Below are positions 1 through 9,383 of a stretch of DNA of 53,415 nucleotides, one piece after another; within the stretch, counting starts at the first letter, position 1, and each line of letters opens with the position of its first letter. The position numbers were made by a program, and so were the translations under genes. The DNA is from an uncultured bacterium (lineage in GTDB: Bacteria; Chlamydiota; Chlamydiia; Chlamydiales; JAJFMA01): NCBI GenBank assembly GCA_964445105.1, contig CAYUJS010000007.1, positions 1 to 53,415 on the forward strand. The letters are read 5' to 3'. The notes under the pieces are model-generated. The model worked only from the letters and a program-made list of their open reading frames with translations. It was not told the origin of the DNA and searched no databases.

Positions 1-222
1 TTCAATTCTAAGGCTGAAAAAAACGGTCATCTAACCAAATTGTAGTGACGAATCTACAATCTCTCCGAGGGAAATCTCTGAACTTGGGTTATGCCCTCAC
101 TCTTCGCTTGTTGGGTTTTTTAAGATTGTCTAGTCGATAGCGCTCTCCATTAAGCGTTATTTCCACCTCACAGCATATCCAGGGAGAATCAAGATTTATT
201 TGGAGATAGGTTTTTAGCGCCC

Positions 223-1452
223 CTAGAAGAGCTGATACATTTCTAGCCATTTGTCGGCTATTTGCGACCAATCATAGTTGAGTACTTGTTGCTTGCCCTC
301 TGCTATTAAGTGACTGCACAGAGCGGCGTCAGCGGCTAAGCGCTCTAAGTGGGCGATGAGCATTTTTTCATCGCCATCTGGAAAATGTAGGCTATCCACG
401 CCGCCTTGTGTAAAGCCAGGTATCCCGCCGACAGAGCTAGCTACGACAGGGACTCCTGCCGCCCAAGCTTCTAACACTACGATACCAAAAGGCTCGTGGT
501 GTGAGGGTAGCACAAAAATTGTGGCGCCCTTGTAGGCGCTAGCTAGCAGTGGGTCGTGGGGCGCCAGTCCCGGAATGAGCAGGACTTTGTCTTGCAAACC
601 CAGTGTCGTGATCGCAGTGCGAATTTTTTGCGCATATTCCTCCATCGCTATCGCGCCGATGAGCACTAGCTGGTAAGTGGGATGGCGGGTCACAAACTTG
701 GCAAAAGCGTTTAGCAGAAGAAGCTGATTTTTTTGGGTTTCCAATCGAGAGACGCATAGAATGTAGGGCTTGTTGTGGAGCCCAAATTGCTGGCGAAAAA
801 GCTGCCTATCGCCATTGGCAAACTGGTCGTTGTTCACACCGTTGGGTAGGTAGAAGAGCTGTTTTTGCGGAAATTCTTCACGCATTCGACACCATTCATC
901 TTTACCGACGCAGATGATACCGTTGGCATCCTCCAGTACCCTTCGCGCGCCAAGCAGCCAGCCGAATGGCTTTCCCCACTCCCACTTGTCTTCAAACGGT
1001 TGCTGCATCTTTTTTGCTTGATCAGTAGGTAAAGTGAAGTGACCGCCGTGAATGCTGACTACATAAGGTATGCCTTTGAGACGAGCTACTGTGCGGGCTA
1101 TGCCGCCCAGGCGGTGTTGTACGTGCGTATGAATCAGTGAGACTCCTGGTTCATGCCATAGCGCGTTTAACAAAGACAAACTCAAAGGATTTCCCCCCTT
1201 TAGTTCCATCTGACTGTGGTTATCCTTTGAGAGGCCAAACCAGGGAAACATATATGCACATCGTTGTACAGGTACGTTTTTAACCAACTCTAACCCTGGT
1301 TTAGAGAGCATATCCGTGCAAAATATTTTGGCCTCAAGTCCTCGTTGGATAAGCTTTGAGGATATATTATGAACAACGGACTCGGTTCCGCCCCATTTTT
1401 CTTCCGTAAACCGGCGCATTACATGCGCTATTTTAAAGGGCCGGTTTGTCAC
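223..1452 (-). CDS. Glycosyltransferase family 4 (GT-B fold)
   Basis: N-terminal KIAHV..WGGTE motif, C-terminal FVLPSHHEPFGIVVLEAWAAGVPVV (E-x7-E). Start trimmed to the GTG at 1452, which overlaps the flippase TGA (GTGA coupling); the longer ORF-track N-terminus overlaps wzx. Confidence 0.9.
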   Translation of the reverse strand: MTNRPFKIAHVMRRFTEEKWGGTESVVHNISSKLIQRGLEAKIFCTDMLSKPGLELVKNVPVQRCAYMFPWFGLSKDNHSQMELKGGNPLSLSLLNALWHEPGVSLIHTHVQHRLGGIARTVARLKGIPYVVSIHGGHFTLPTDQAKKMQQPFEDKWEWGKPFGWLLGARRVLEDANGIICVGKDEWCRMREEFPQKQLFYLPNGVNNDQFANGDRQLFRQQFGLHNKPYILCVSRLETQKNQLLLLNAFAKFVTRHPTYQLVLIGAIAMEEYAQKIRTAITTLGLQDKVLLIPGLAPHDPLLASAYKGATIFVLPSHHEPFGIVVLEAWAAGVPVVASSVGGIPGFTQGGVDSLHFPDGDEKMLIAHLERLAADAALCSHLIAEGKQQVLNYDWSQIADKWLEMYQLF

Positions 1453-2993
1453 GAGGTAAAGAAATCTAATACGCGGTTGAATTGAGGGATGCCTATAGCG
1501 CGAAAACGCTCGGTATCTGGCGGGCGCACGAGGTGCAGTAGCTTGAGAATAAGCGCCCAGGCGCCGAGGTAAAGCACTGCCATGAGGGCCAGTACGGGTA
1601 AACTTGGGGACGGCAGTAGCAGGTAGAGGAGGGCTGCTAGCACGACGGCAGGTGTGGTAGTGCGCAGGGCAAAAGACCAGGGAAAATAGAGGCCGCCAAG
1701 CAGGCCTCTGATGATCCAAAGTTTGATGGGAGCGGTGATGAAAAAAGTCGCTGTAACAGCTATGAGAGCACCTGGCACACCGTAGTGTTTGATAAAGAAA
1801 TAATCCAGCAGGAGATTAACAAGCAGCTGTAGCAGGTTCAGCCAGGTCGTTTTAGCCACTTTCTCGCTAGCGATCAGCGCCATGCTTAGGGGTACCCAAA
1901 GCAGCGTAAGCGCTTGGAAAAGACAAAAATAGGCTGCAATATACCCTGCAGAAGCCATCTTTTCACCATAGATGACGATGACGGCTTGCGGGGCAAAAAA
2001 CACGCCTAAGCAACTTAAGGGTAGGCAGACGATGGTCAGGATTTGGTACATCCCCGCGATCAATGCGCCTAAACTATCTTGATGTTTGGCATAGGACTCA
2101 GCGAAAGCTGAGGTAAATAAGGCGTGGAGAGCCAAAGGGATAAAGGTGAGCAGAAGGTTAGCTAACATATAGCCTAAGGCGTACTGACCGACCACTTGCG
2201 CGGTGGCAAAATACCCTAGGAAAAAGATTTCAGAGTACTGCTGCAAAAATTTGTTTGTGAGAGCATTGGCTAAGGTTGGCAGCGAGAGGGTAAGTAGGCG
2301 TTTGCGACCGATTCCTGCCCCGGAAGAGTGCGCTTTCCACCGCATCATAAACAGTACCAAGAGTGAGAGGCCGAATAGAGAGATCGCGGCGATAGAGCTG
2401 CTGCAGGACAAAAGGACGTGTTTAACAGACAAGGGTGCGCCCATCCATAGATATAAAAGAAAGAGCGCGGCCTGCAACGTAGAGGTCAAAGCCAAGGTGC
2501 GTGCGCGAAACAAAGCCGTAAACACGTTGTTTAAGTAATCTTTGGCCGTCAGCATGCCTGTTAAAGCCAGGGTTGGCAGAAAAAAAAGAGCAAACTCGAA
2601 ATGCAGAAATTTTGTGACCAAGTCTTGTGCGAGGTAGAGCACTATCCCTATCAAGGCTAATATTAGCATTTCGACTCCAGCTGCGCGCGTGAGAAGGCGC
2701 ACTAAGCCCATACGGTTATGGTGCTGCACAAGCTCTGGCACGTAGCGTAGAAGCGCAATGTTCAGGCCAAACGCGCATAGCACCGCGAGGTTCTCTGCCA
2801 GGCCGTTGAGAAGGCTGTAGATGCCGTACTGAGCCGGTCCCAGTCCGCGCACGATTACGATCGAAATAATGAAATAGAGGACAAATGTAAAAACCTTGCT
2901 CGCGACAATCCAGGGGACTGATGCGATTGCGTGTTTGGAGAAAAAAAATTCGGCAGAGGCTGGTGAATTCTGCACAAAGCGTCCGGATGTCAT
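1449..2993 (-). CDS. wzx: Wzx-type oligosaccharide flippase (MOP superfamily)
   Basis: About 12-14 hydrophobic segments, IVRGLGPAQYGIYSL and FGLNIALLRYVPE motifs, located in a polysaccharide operon. Confidence 0.85.
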   Translation of the reverse strand: MTSGRFVQNSPASAEFFFSKHAIASVPWIVASKVFTFVLYFIISIVIVRGLGPAQYGIYSLLNGLAENLAVLCAFGLNIALLRYVPELVQHHNRMGLVRLLTRAAGVEMLILALIGIVLYLAQDLVTKFLHFEFALFFLPTLALTGMLTAKDYLNNVFTALFRARTLALTSTLQAALFLLYLWMGAPLSVKHVLLSCSSSIAAISLFGLSLLVLFMMRWKAHSSGAGIGRKRLLTLSLPTLANALTNKFLQQYSEIFFLGYFATAQVVGQYALGYMLANLLLTFIPLALHALFTSAFAESYAKHQDSLGALIAGMYQILTIVCLPLSCLGVFFAPQAVIVIYGEKMASAGYIAAYFCLFQALTLLWVPLSMALIASEKVAKTTWLNLLQLLVNLLLDYFFIKHYGVPGALIAVTATFFITAPIKLWIIRGLLGGLYFPWSFALRTTTPAVVLAALLYLLLPSPSLPVLALMAVLYLGAWALILKLLHLVRPPDTERFRAIGIPQFNRVLDFFTS

Positions 2994-3001
2994 AAGCTTC
3001 T

Positions 3002-4072
3002 TTAAGGTGCTCCCAAAGGATAAGGATTGAAGATCGGGACAAAACCGCCACTGGGGATCACATTCACGTTTTGGAGCTGGGCATCTGCCCCCGTGACAGA
3101 CTCATAAGCGCGCTGGCCGAAGATGGAAAAGGCGCTTCCCACAAAGGTGCGCACCGCGAACCGAGAGAGCTCGCGCACATAGTCAAATTTGCGTGGCGGT
3201 AGGTAGACGATATCGCCAGGGATTAGCGCAAAGTCCGCACAGTACCCTTTGAAGATGCGATTGATGTCTATGTAGAACGTATATGGCTCAGCCAACGATC
3301 CTCGTACAACTACCGCGCGCGAGCTGGCCTGAAGCGAGGGGCCGCCAGCCATGATAATGGCCTCACCCAACGTAATTTTGTTCACGTACCCCAATGTCCC
3401 TGGGCTGAACACTTCTCCCATCACGTAGATGTTTTTGTCGAGAGAGCTTGGGATATAGATGTAATCTCCCCCCTGCAGTTCGACGTCCTGCTCCAGGTCG
3501 CCCTCTTCTACAAGGCGTCTGAAGTCCACCGGTATATACTCACCTGCGCGCGTTAGAAAGGCGTGATCGAGGTCCGCTAACTCAATTGTTTGCGTGCGAT
3601 AGTTGCCGGAGGGAAACCCACCGGCTCTACAAAGTGCGGTGAGTACGGTTTCTTGGCCCAGCAAGGTTTTTTTTCCGGGGATGTTGATCTCGCCTAAAAT
3701 CGTGTAGTGCTGCCCGGCAAATTCTATCGGTGTCACGTTTATGTAGGTAAAGCGGTAGATTTTCTTGATCCGCTCGTTCATCTCCTCCCGAGCTTCATTT
3801 ATATTTTTGCCGACCACATTGACTGACCCTACCAAGGGATAAGAGATGTTGCCATAGCTGTCGACGGTTACTTCGCGCTCGGTATTTGCTTCGCCATAAA
3901 TAGAAACAAGCAGCCGATCACCAATATGAAGCTTATAGAGCTTGGGAGCATGCTGCTGGTTCGGTGCATGCGGAGAAGCGCTGCTTTTTGGCGCCTCTTG
4001 CGTCGGATTTTGTGCTGAAAGGGCACTGACATAGAGGAGCAATAGCCCTAACGATCTCCAGAATTTGTTCAT
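3002..4072 (-). CDS. Wza-like polysaccharide export protein, paralog 2 (Poly_export + SLBB domains)
   Basis: YKLHIGDRLLVSIYGE..VDSYGNISYPLVGSV motif, repeated SLBB motifs (GGDYIYIP, PGDIVYLP), Sec-type signal peptide. Confidence 0.85.
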   Translation of the reverse strand: MNKFWRSLGLLLLYVSALSAQNPTQEAPKSSASPHAPNQQHAPKLYKLHIGDRLLVSIYGEANTEREVTVDSYGNISYPLVGSVNVVGKNINEAREEMNERIKKIYRFTYINVTPIEFAGQHYTILGEINIPGKKTLLGQETVLTALCRAGGFPSGNYRTQTIELADLDHAFLTRAGEYIPVDFRRLVEEGDLEQDVELQGGDYIYIPSSLDKNIYVMGEVFSPGTLGYVNKITLGEAIIMAGGPSLQASSRAVVVRGSLAEPYTFYIDINRIFKGYCADFALIPGDIVYLPPRKFDYVRELSRFAVRTFVGSAFSIFGQRAYESVTGADAQLQNVNVIPSGGFVPIFNPYPLGAP

Positions 4073-4087
4073 ATCGATTGCACTCCG

Positions 4088-5248
4088 CTAGTCGATCAGT
4101 TTATTGGCCTCATAGGCAGCGACGTTACTGATAAAGGAGCCAATGAACGCGTCGATGGCAATTTTAACTAGTTCTCGCCCAAATCTCATTTCTTTGTTTG
4201 GTACATAGACGATATCGCCAGGGTGCAGGTAGATGTCTTTGGCGTCTCCAGAGAGGATCGTCAAAAAGTCCGCTCTAATGACACGAGGACAAGAAAAATT
4301 GCCCCTAATGATGAGCACGTCGCGCCAGTTGCCCCGCGCGTAAGGGTCCCGTATAAAGCGTCCATACGCAGGCGACAAGGCTCCGACTAGCGTCAAATCA
4401 TCTTTGTAGGGCGAAGCATTGCCACCAAACGGCCCTAGGATATAAACCAAATTGTTCATAGAGGAGGCAATGTAAACATAGTCGCCCGGGCGCAAATAGA
4501 CGTTTTGCTCCTCGCGACCCTCATTGATGAGTGCACTGAAATCCACGTTGAGTTTCTTGCCATTATGGATGACATAGGATTCGTTTAAGCTGGCCAGCTG
4601 GATGGTGCTGCCTTGTGAGTTGGCGCCTAGTACCCCGCCCGCATCCGCCAGCGCCTGACGAATGTTAACGGAGCTAATTAAGGGATAGACCCCCGGCCGG
4701 CCTACTTGGCCAAGAACCATGTAGTAGTCAGCCGCTTTGACCTTGGCGACCAGGGAAACGCTAGGACTGGTATAAATCGCGGCCATTCGCTCTTCCAGTT
4801 CCTTTGCGAGCTCTTCGAGTGTTTTTCCCTCAGCCTTGATTGAAGGGAGGTAGAGATAGTAGATATGTCCATCTGGCGCTACCACCAGTTCGCTGGCCGT
4901 GTTTTCATCGTGCGTGAAGATAGAGACTTCGAGAACGTCTCCTTTGTGAATCTGATAAGGCTCATCATGCGGCTGTAGAGGCTGTAAATCCGCTTCGGCG
5001 ATCTGTGTTCTGCCTTCGTCCGCCTCGGGGTCTTCATCTTCTGGTGCGTAATCCATGATCACGGGAGGGTAATAGACCATTACCTCAGGTCGGCGGCCTG
5101 AACATTTACACAGACAGCTATCGCATGCTAGCCGATAGGTACAGCATCCTTTTTTTACGACGCGCACGCAGCTGGTGAGCGAGCCGTACACCAAGATAGC
5201 TAGCAGCAGTCCTATAAGGGATAATTTACGCCGAATTTGCATGTCCAT
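4088..5248 (-). CDS. Wza-like polysaccharide export lipoprotein, paralog 1
   Basis: Lipobox-like SLTSC, YQIHKGDVLEVSIF..VAPDGHIY motif, SLBB motifs LRPGDYVYI and LHPGDIVYVP. Confidence 0.85.
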   Translation of the reverse strand: MDMQIRRKLSLIGLLLAILVYGSLTSCVRVVKKGCCTYRLACDSCLCKCSGRRPEVMVYYPPVIMDYAPEDEDPEADEGRTQIAEADLQPLQPHDEPYQIHKGDVLEVSIFTHDENTASELVVAPDGHIYYLYLPSIKAEGKTLEELAKELEERMAAIYTSPSVSLVAKVKAADYYMVLGQVGRPGVYPLISSVNIRQALADAGGVLGANSQGSTIQLASLNESYVIHNGKKLNVDFSALINEGREEQNVYLRPGDYVYIASSMNNLVYILGPFGGNASPYKDDLTLVGALSPAYGRFIRDPYARGNWRDVLIIRGNFSCPRVIRADFLTILSGDAKDIYLHPGDIVYVPNKEMRFGRELVKIAIDAFIGSFISNVAAYEANKLID

Positions 5249-5251
5249 ATC

Positions 5252-7435
5252 CTACGCTCTGGGCTGTGGGCTGGAGCCATGATCTTTGGGCGTGTTTTTT
5301 ACGAAGAGCTTTTTAAATTTGGCCCACAGCCCGAAGTTGACTCGATGGCTTTCGCTGCGGATGCGCGCATCGTCTACAAATATATCCAACATACGATTGA
5401 GGATAAGCCCCAGCGGCTTGATGCGGTGAAATTCCAGACCCTTAAAGCAGTCGTTGAGCTGTTTACGGCTGGTTTTTTCCGACGAAACGATATAAACCGA
5501 TTGGTCTGCCAGGCTGAGTACGTTAATCGCGTAATCTTCTGTCAGCAGCCCTGGTAGGTCTAGAATAACTACCTGGTAGCGCTCGCGCAAAAGAGCCATC
5601 AATTCTCGCATCTTTGGGGTTTTTACTAACTCTTTCATGTCGGTGTCTTTGCCCGTGGTAAGCCGCGCTGGCGCGCTGTTGTAAACGAGGTCGCTAAAGG
5701 AACACTGTCCACGCAGGAACTGTTCAATTTTGCATTTGCCTGCCTCGTGCCCTGCAAAGAACGGGTTCTTCTTATAGTCGAACTCGACGACGACAGCACA
5801 GCGGCCCAATTTCTGGTAAAAACGGGCCAAATAATAGGCAAACAAACTTTTGCCCTCACCATCTTGCGAGCTGGCGATTCCTAGGACAAACTGCCCCATG
5901 CGTCCTGTGTGTAGGTCGATGGCTTCTTCGAGCGTACGAATGAAGAAACGTAATTGTTGCTCCAGCGCGTTACGATCTTTCATATGAAGCTTTAGCTCCG
6001 GCATGGACATGATGCAGGGGATGTTGTAGTGGTTTTGTACCTCGATAGGCGTTCGTAGACGCGTATCGAACAGTTCTAAAGCTGCAGCCAAAGTTGTACC
6101 TGCTACCACGCCTAAGAGAAAGCCGATTAGTGGCAGCAGCTCAATAAGGACTGATTCGTGTGGTGTGGCCTTACTGGCGTTCATATACAACTCAAGATCG
6201 CCCTTACCCACTTTCATCAGGGTTTCAGCGGCCTTAACAAATTGTTCGGCCCCCTTGAGATTGTCCTCATCTGTCTGTTTTTCTGTTATATAGCGTGTCA
6301 GCACCATCTGCACTTCGGGGAGATTATCGATTTCTTTTTGCTTTGCAGCGTACTCCATGGCCAAGTCATCGCGAAGTTTTTGTGCAGAGCGCACTTTCCC
6401 CCTGAGGTTCATCAAAGTTATATTGACCTGGTCTTTCAATGGATTGGAGCTGGTTTCAGCCGCCAGCCCAGCTGTTTGGTCGCCAGGCGTACCTTGGGGA
6501 GGGGCGGCCGCTATTTTCTGTAGTTCTTCTACCTGTGCTTCAAGGATCTTAATCTTCGGGTTTTCTGCTGCATAGCGCGTGCGGGCATCCATTAGGGAAA
6601 GCTCGGCTTGTGTTAACAAACGCTGTGCAGGGCTCTCTCCTAAGATAGCCCTCGAAACTCTGTCCGGCAGTTTGGCCGCTTCTCGTCTTAGGTTTTCATA
6701 CTCGATTAAGCTGCTGTTAAAGTTTTCACTGGCTTGTGATAGCCGCGTCTGTAGGTCTAGTAAACCTTTAATCGACAATGAGCCTTCGGGATTCAACTCA
6801 AAGAATTTATTTTTGGAACGAAATACTGCAATCTCCTTCGAGTCGACGCCAATTTTGTCGCGCAGGCTGTCTGCCTGCCTTCTAAAATAGTCGTAAGCTA
6901 CCTTTAGCTGGCGCTTAGCAAATTCCTGCGTATTTTTAACCACCACCTGTGCAAGAGTATTGGCGATGTCCACCGCTACACTAGGGGTATCTGCTACCAC
7001 TTGTATATCCAGCAGGTTGGAATCGCCGATAGGCGGGATTACACTAATCATTTTTTTTAGCTGCTTCTCGGTGTATTCAAGTCCCAAAATAGCGCGTACG
7101 GCGCTCAGGTTTTCCGGTAGGGTGATCACCTCAGTAGCTGACGAAATGGTGAAGTGCGCTAAGGGAAATCCGTTAGGCAAAAGTTTGGATGAATCCATTT
7201 GATACATCAGGTACGAATCCGCCACAAAACCCTTGCAGAGTCGATGTGAAAGCAACCCGAATAGTCCCGTGGCTAGTAAAGCGACTAAAATGATTAACCA
7301 AGTTCTGCGTAACACCCCGCGATAAATGCGGCGAAAATCAATCCGAGAGGCAAGGTCGTCCAGGCTATATTCTTTAACCAAATGTAGCCGCTTGGAATCG
7401 CACCTACTCGACGCGCTCTCGCCCTCCAATTTCAT
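5252..7435 (-). CDS. wzc: Wzc-like polysaccharide co-polymerase with BY-kinase-type ATPase domain
   Basis: N-terminal TM, long coiled-coil periplasmic region, second TM followed by LELFDTRLRTP, Walker A SSQDGEGKS, Walker B VILDLP. ATG at 7435 has a GGAG RBS; alternative TTG start at 7450. Confidence 0.85.
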   Translation of the reverse strand: MKLEGESASSRCDSKRLHLVKEYSLDDLASRIDFRRIYRGVLRRTWLIILVALLATGLFGLLSHRLCKGFVADSYLMYQMDSSKLLPNGFPLAHFTISSATEVITLPENLSAVRAILGLEYTEKQLKKMISVIPPIGDSNLLDIQVVADTPSVAVDIANTLAQVVVKNTQEFAKRQLKVAYDYFRRQADSLRDKIGVDSKEIAVFRSKNKFFELNPEGSLSIKGLLDLQTRLSQASENFNSSLIEYENLRREAAKLPDRVSRAILGESPAQRLLTQAELSLMDARTRYAAENPKIKILEAQVEELQKIAAAPPQGTPGDQTAGLAAETSSNPLKDQVNITLMNLRGKVRSAQKLRDDLAMEYAAKQKEIDNLPEVQMVLTRYITEKQTDEDNLKGAEQFVKAAETLMKVGKGDLELYMNASKATPHESVLIELLPLIGFLLGVVAGTTLAAALELFDTRLRTPIEVQNHYNIPCIMSMPELKLHMKDRNALEQQLRFFIRTLEEAIDLHTGRMGQFVLGIASSQDGEGKSLFAYYLARFYQKLGRCAVVVEFDYKKNPFFAGHEAGKCKIEQFLRGQCSFSDLVYNSAPARLTTGKDTDMKELVKTPKMRELMALLRERYQVVILDLPGLLTEDYAINVLSLADQSVYIVSSEKTSRKQLNDCFKGLEFHRIKPLGLILNRMLDIFVDDARIRSESHRVNFGLWAKFKKLFVKNTPKDHGSSPQPRA

Positions 7436-7862
7436 CTCGAGAATCTCCAAATTACACGGTGCTTACCAGACATACCTAATTTATCCAGTCTCATAAAGTC
7501 AATATTTTATTTTAGAAGAAAACGGGCTGCGCAAGCGTAGCTTAAAGGGGCTGATCCTTGTACAGTTAGTGCGTTTTGGTGGTTGTGAAACTAGGGATGG
7601 CTAAGTTTCTCTACTGAGTTGCCAGTATTCACCTGGGACCCCTCATCGTAAAAAAAGAGGTCTAAAACCCATTTTAGTTGGTTTTCCATTTCCCAGTGTG
7701 GTCGTAAGGAGCAGAAGAGAGTAGCCTTTGGGCATACTCGTGTATTCCTCTAATGGATTTGGCTGAGGCAAGTATCGCCGCCAAAATAATCAAGAGCATT
7801 CCGTGCAAAGGATAGCGAAGACTTTCCTGCTCGCGAGGATTAGCGATCTCAGTAAAAGCGTG

Positions 7863-8159
7863 TTATACTGATTGTTTTTTTGAGGCAGCTCGCATTAGTT
7901 TTTGCAGGTCTTCCTTAGGAGCGTGATTTTTGGGTATCTTGCTAAACTGAGCCTCCTTCTGATTTGTTAGGGTTTTGAAGGTATGAAGGATGTGCCGCCA
8001 TTGCGCTACCTGCTCATCGGATAGTTTGCCAAGCCGGATAACAATTGCTTTGCGCACCTTGTCATTCACCCTGATAGATCGCGCTAAGCTGCAAGATTTG
8101 TATTCTTTCCCCGGGTTTTTCTTTGAACCCCAGTGCAGGTGTAAGTGAGAAAAATCCAT
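7863..8159 (-). mobile_element. 98-aa ORF resembling the N-terminus of IS1634-family transposases (truncated or stand-alone)
   Basis: HLHLHW..K.YKSCSLARSIRVNDKVRKAIVIRLGKLSDEQVAQWR matches, from memory, the IS1634 Tnp N-terminal pattern. No DDE domain follows. Confidence 0.6.
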
Positions 8160-8325
8160 AGAAACGAGTCTACATTCAAATTTACCCGCTTGTTTTAATG
8201 TAGGTGCAAAAAAGAAATAAGTTTAAATAAATTTATATGCGATTATTTTTGAAGCGTAAAGTTAAACGTGATTTTTTGTAAAAAGAACGCCTATATACTG
8301 AATGCTTTTGTAGCTCTTTTTCGCT

Positions 8326-9150
8326 CTATCCTCTTTTGAGGGGCTGACCGCTGAGGGCATTCCAAGTTGTGGAGCGGACCGTGCCGTTGCGATTCACCAC
8401 GCTGATGTTATAGACAGGGAGGTAAACTTCGCGCGCAGATCGTACATTTAAGTCGCTCCCAAATGCGTGACGGATGGCTTTCTCGATGTCATTTGCCGAA
8501 AAACGCTTGGCTTTGCGGTGGGTGTGGCTGTAGGGTTTTATGCCTAACCGCTGGCTGATTTTTGTCTGCGGTTGGACTTCAATCTCTATGCTTTTTTGTG
8601 TCAGTACATATCGATCGCCCTGCTGGCCAATCAAGTGCTTCTGATATGCTTGTTGGATCCATGCATCAGCCGTTTGAGACGAAACGCTGAGGTACGTCCG
8701 CAGCTGCTCTCTGCTCATGGTGCCCTGGTTTGCGGCAAGCGCTTTGACGATTTTGTAGTCGCTCGCCTTCGCTTTGTTGGCAATGAGATCGGCAAAGCCT
8801 TTTGTCGTCGACCAGATTTTAGTGTCGCTGACCAGCTCTCCATCGGATTGGCTCCACAGTAATATGCCCTCGACTGGCTTATGACCAATATTTGAGTAGC
8901 TAACCTGTAAAAGTAGATAGGGATAAAATTTAAGGGTGGGCTCCTGGAAAGACTGCTTATCGGAAGTGATCAGAGCTCTTTGGTGAGCCGACATGATTTG
9001 AGTGGCGGTGTAGTGCGGTTCGATTGTTAAGAACTGACCCGAATCCATCTGGTCGCCGATGTAGGTTTTAAGCGCGCTGCCATGCTGGTAAAGGTAGTAT
9101 CCGCCTGCGGCCACAAAAAGCACTAAAACCAATGTGGTGAAGGCGTGCAT
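8326..9150 (-). CDS. Conserved chlamydial hypothetical membrane-anchored protein downstream of rho
   Basis: One N-terminal TM helix, ATG at 9150 with a GGAG RBS, position next to rho as in chlamydial genomes. Confidence 0.65.
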   Translation of the reverse strand: MHAFTTLVLVLFVAAGGYYLYQHGSALKTYIGDQMDSGQFLTIEPHYTATQIMSAHQRALITSDKQSFQEPTLKFYPYLLLQVSYSNIGHKPVEGILLWSQSDGELVSDTKIWSTTKGFADLIANKAKASDYKIVKALAANQGTMSREQLRTYLSVSSQTADAWIQQAYQKHLIGQQGDRYVLTQKSIEIEVQPQTKISQRLGIKPYSHTHRKAKRFSANDIEKAIRHAFGSDLNVRSAREVYLPVYNISVVNRNGTVRSTTWNALSGQPLKRG

Positions 9151-9323
9151 AGATAACTCCCCTGCCAATAAATCGTTATCAATGCCTGAGGGATAAGCGG
9201 GAAAGCAAGAAAATTCTGGATATAGAATTTGAGGCCTGCAAAGAGGGATTCAAAACTTGGGCCAATTAGCGAGGCACAAGAGCCCGTCTGATATGCAACC
9301 CAAAAACTGCGTTAGCGCATAAC

Positions 9324-9353
9324 TGAAGGGCGGGAGCAAGCTCCCGCCCTTCA
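9324..9353 (-). terminator. Perfect 14-bp inverted repeat downstream of rho (intrinsic terminator or mRNA-stabilising hairpin)
   Basis: TGAAGGGCGGGAGC-AA-GCTCCCGCCCTTCA, 30 bp after the rho stop; U-tract is weak. Confidence 0.6.
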
Positions 9354-9383
9354 TCGTAGACTCGTGCGTATTTTGCGATCTGC

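Noticed and set aside
1453-1719. N-terminal 89 aa of the ORF-track glycosyltransferase
   Set aside because: Overlaps wzx in another frame; the GTG at 1452 gives a normal GT4 N-terminus.
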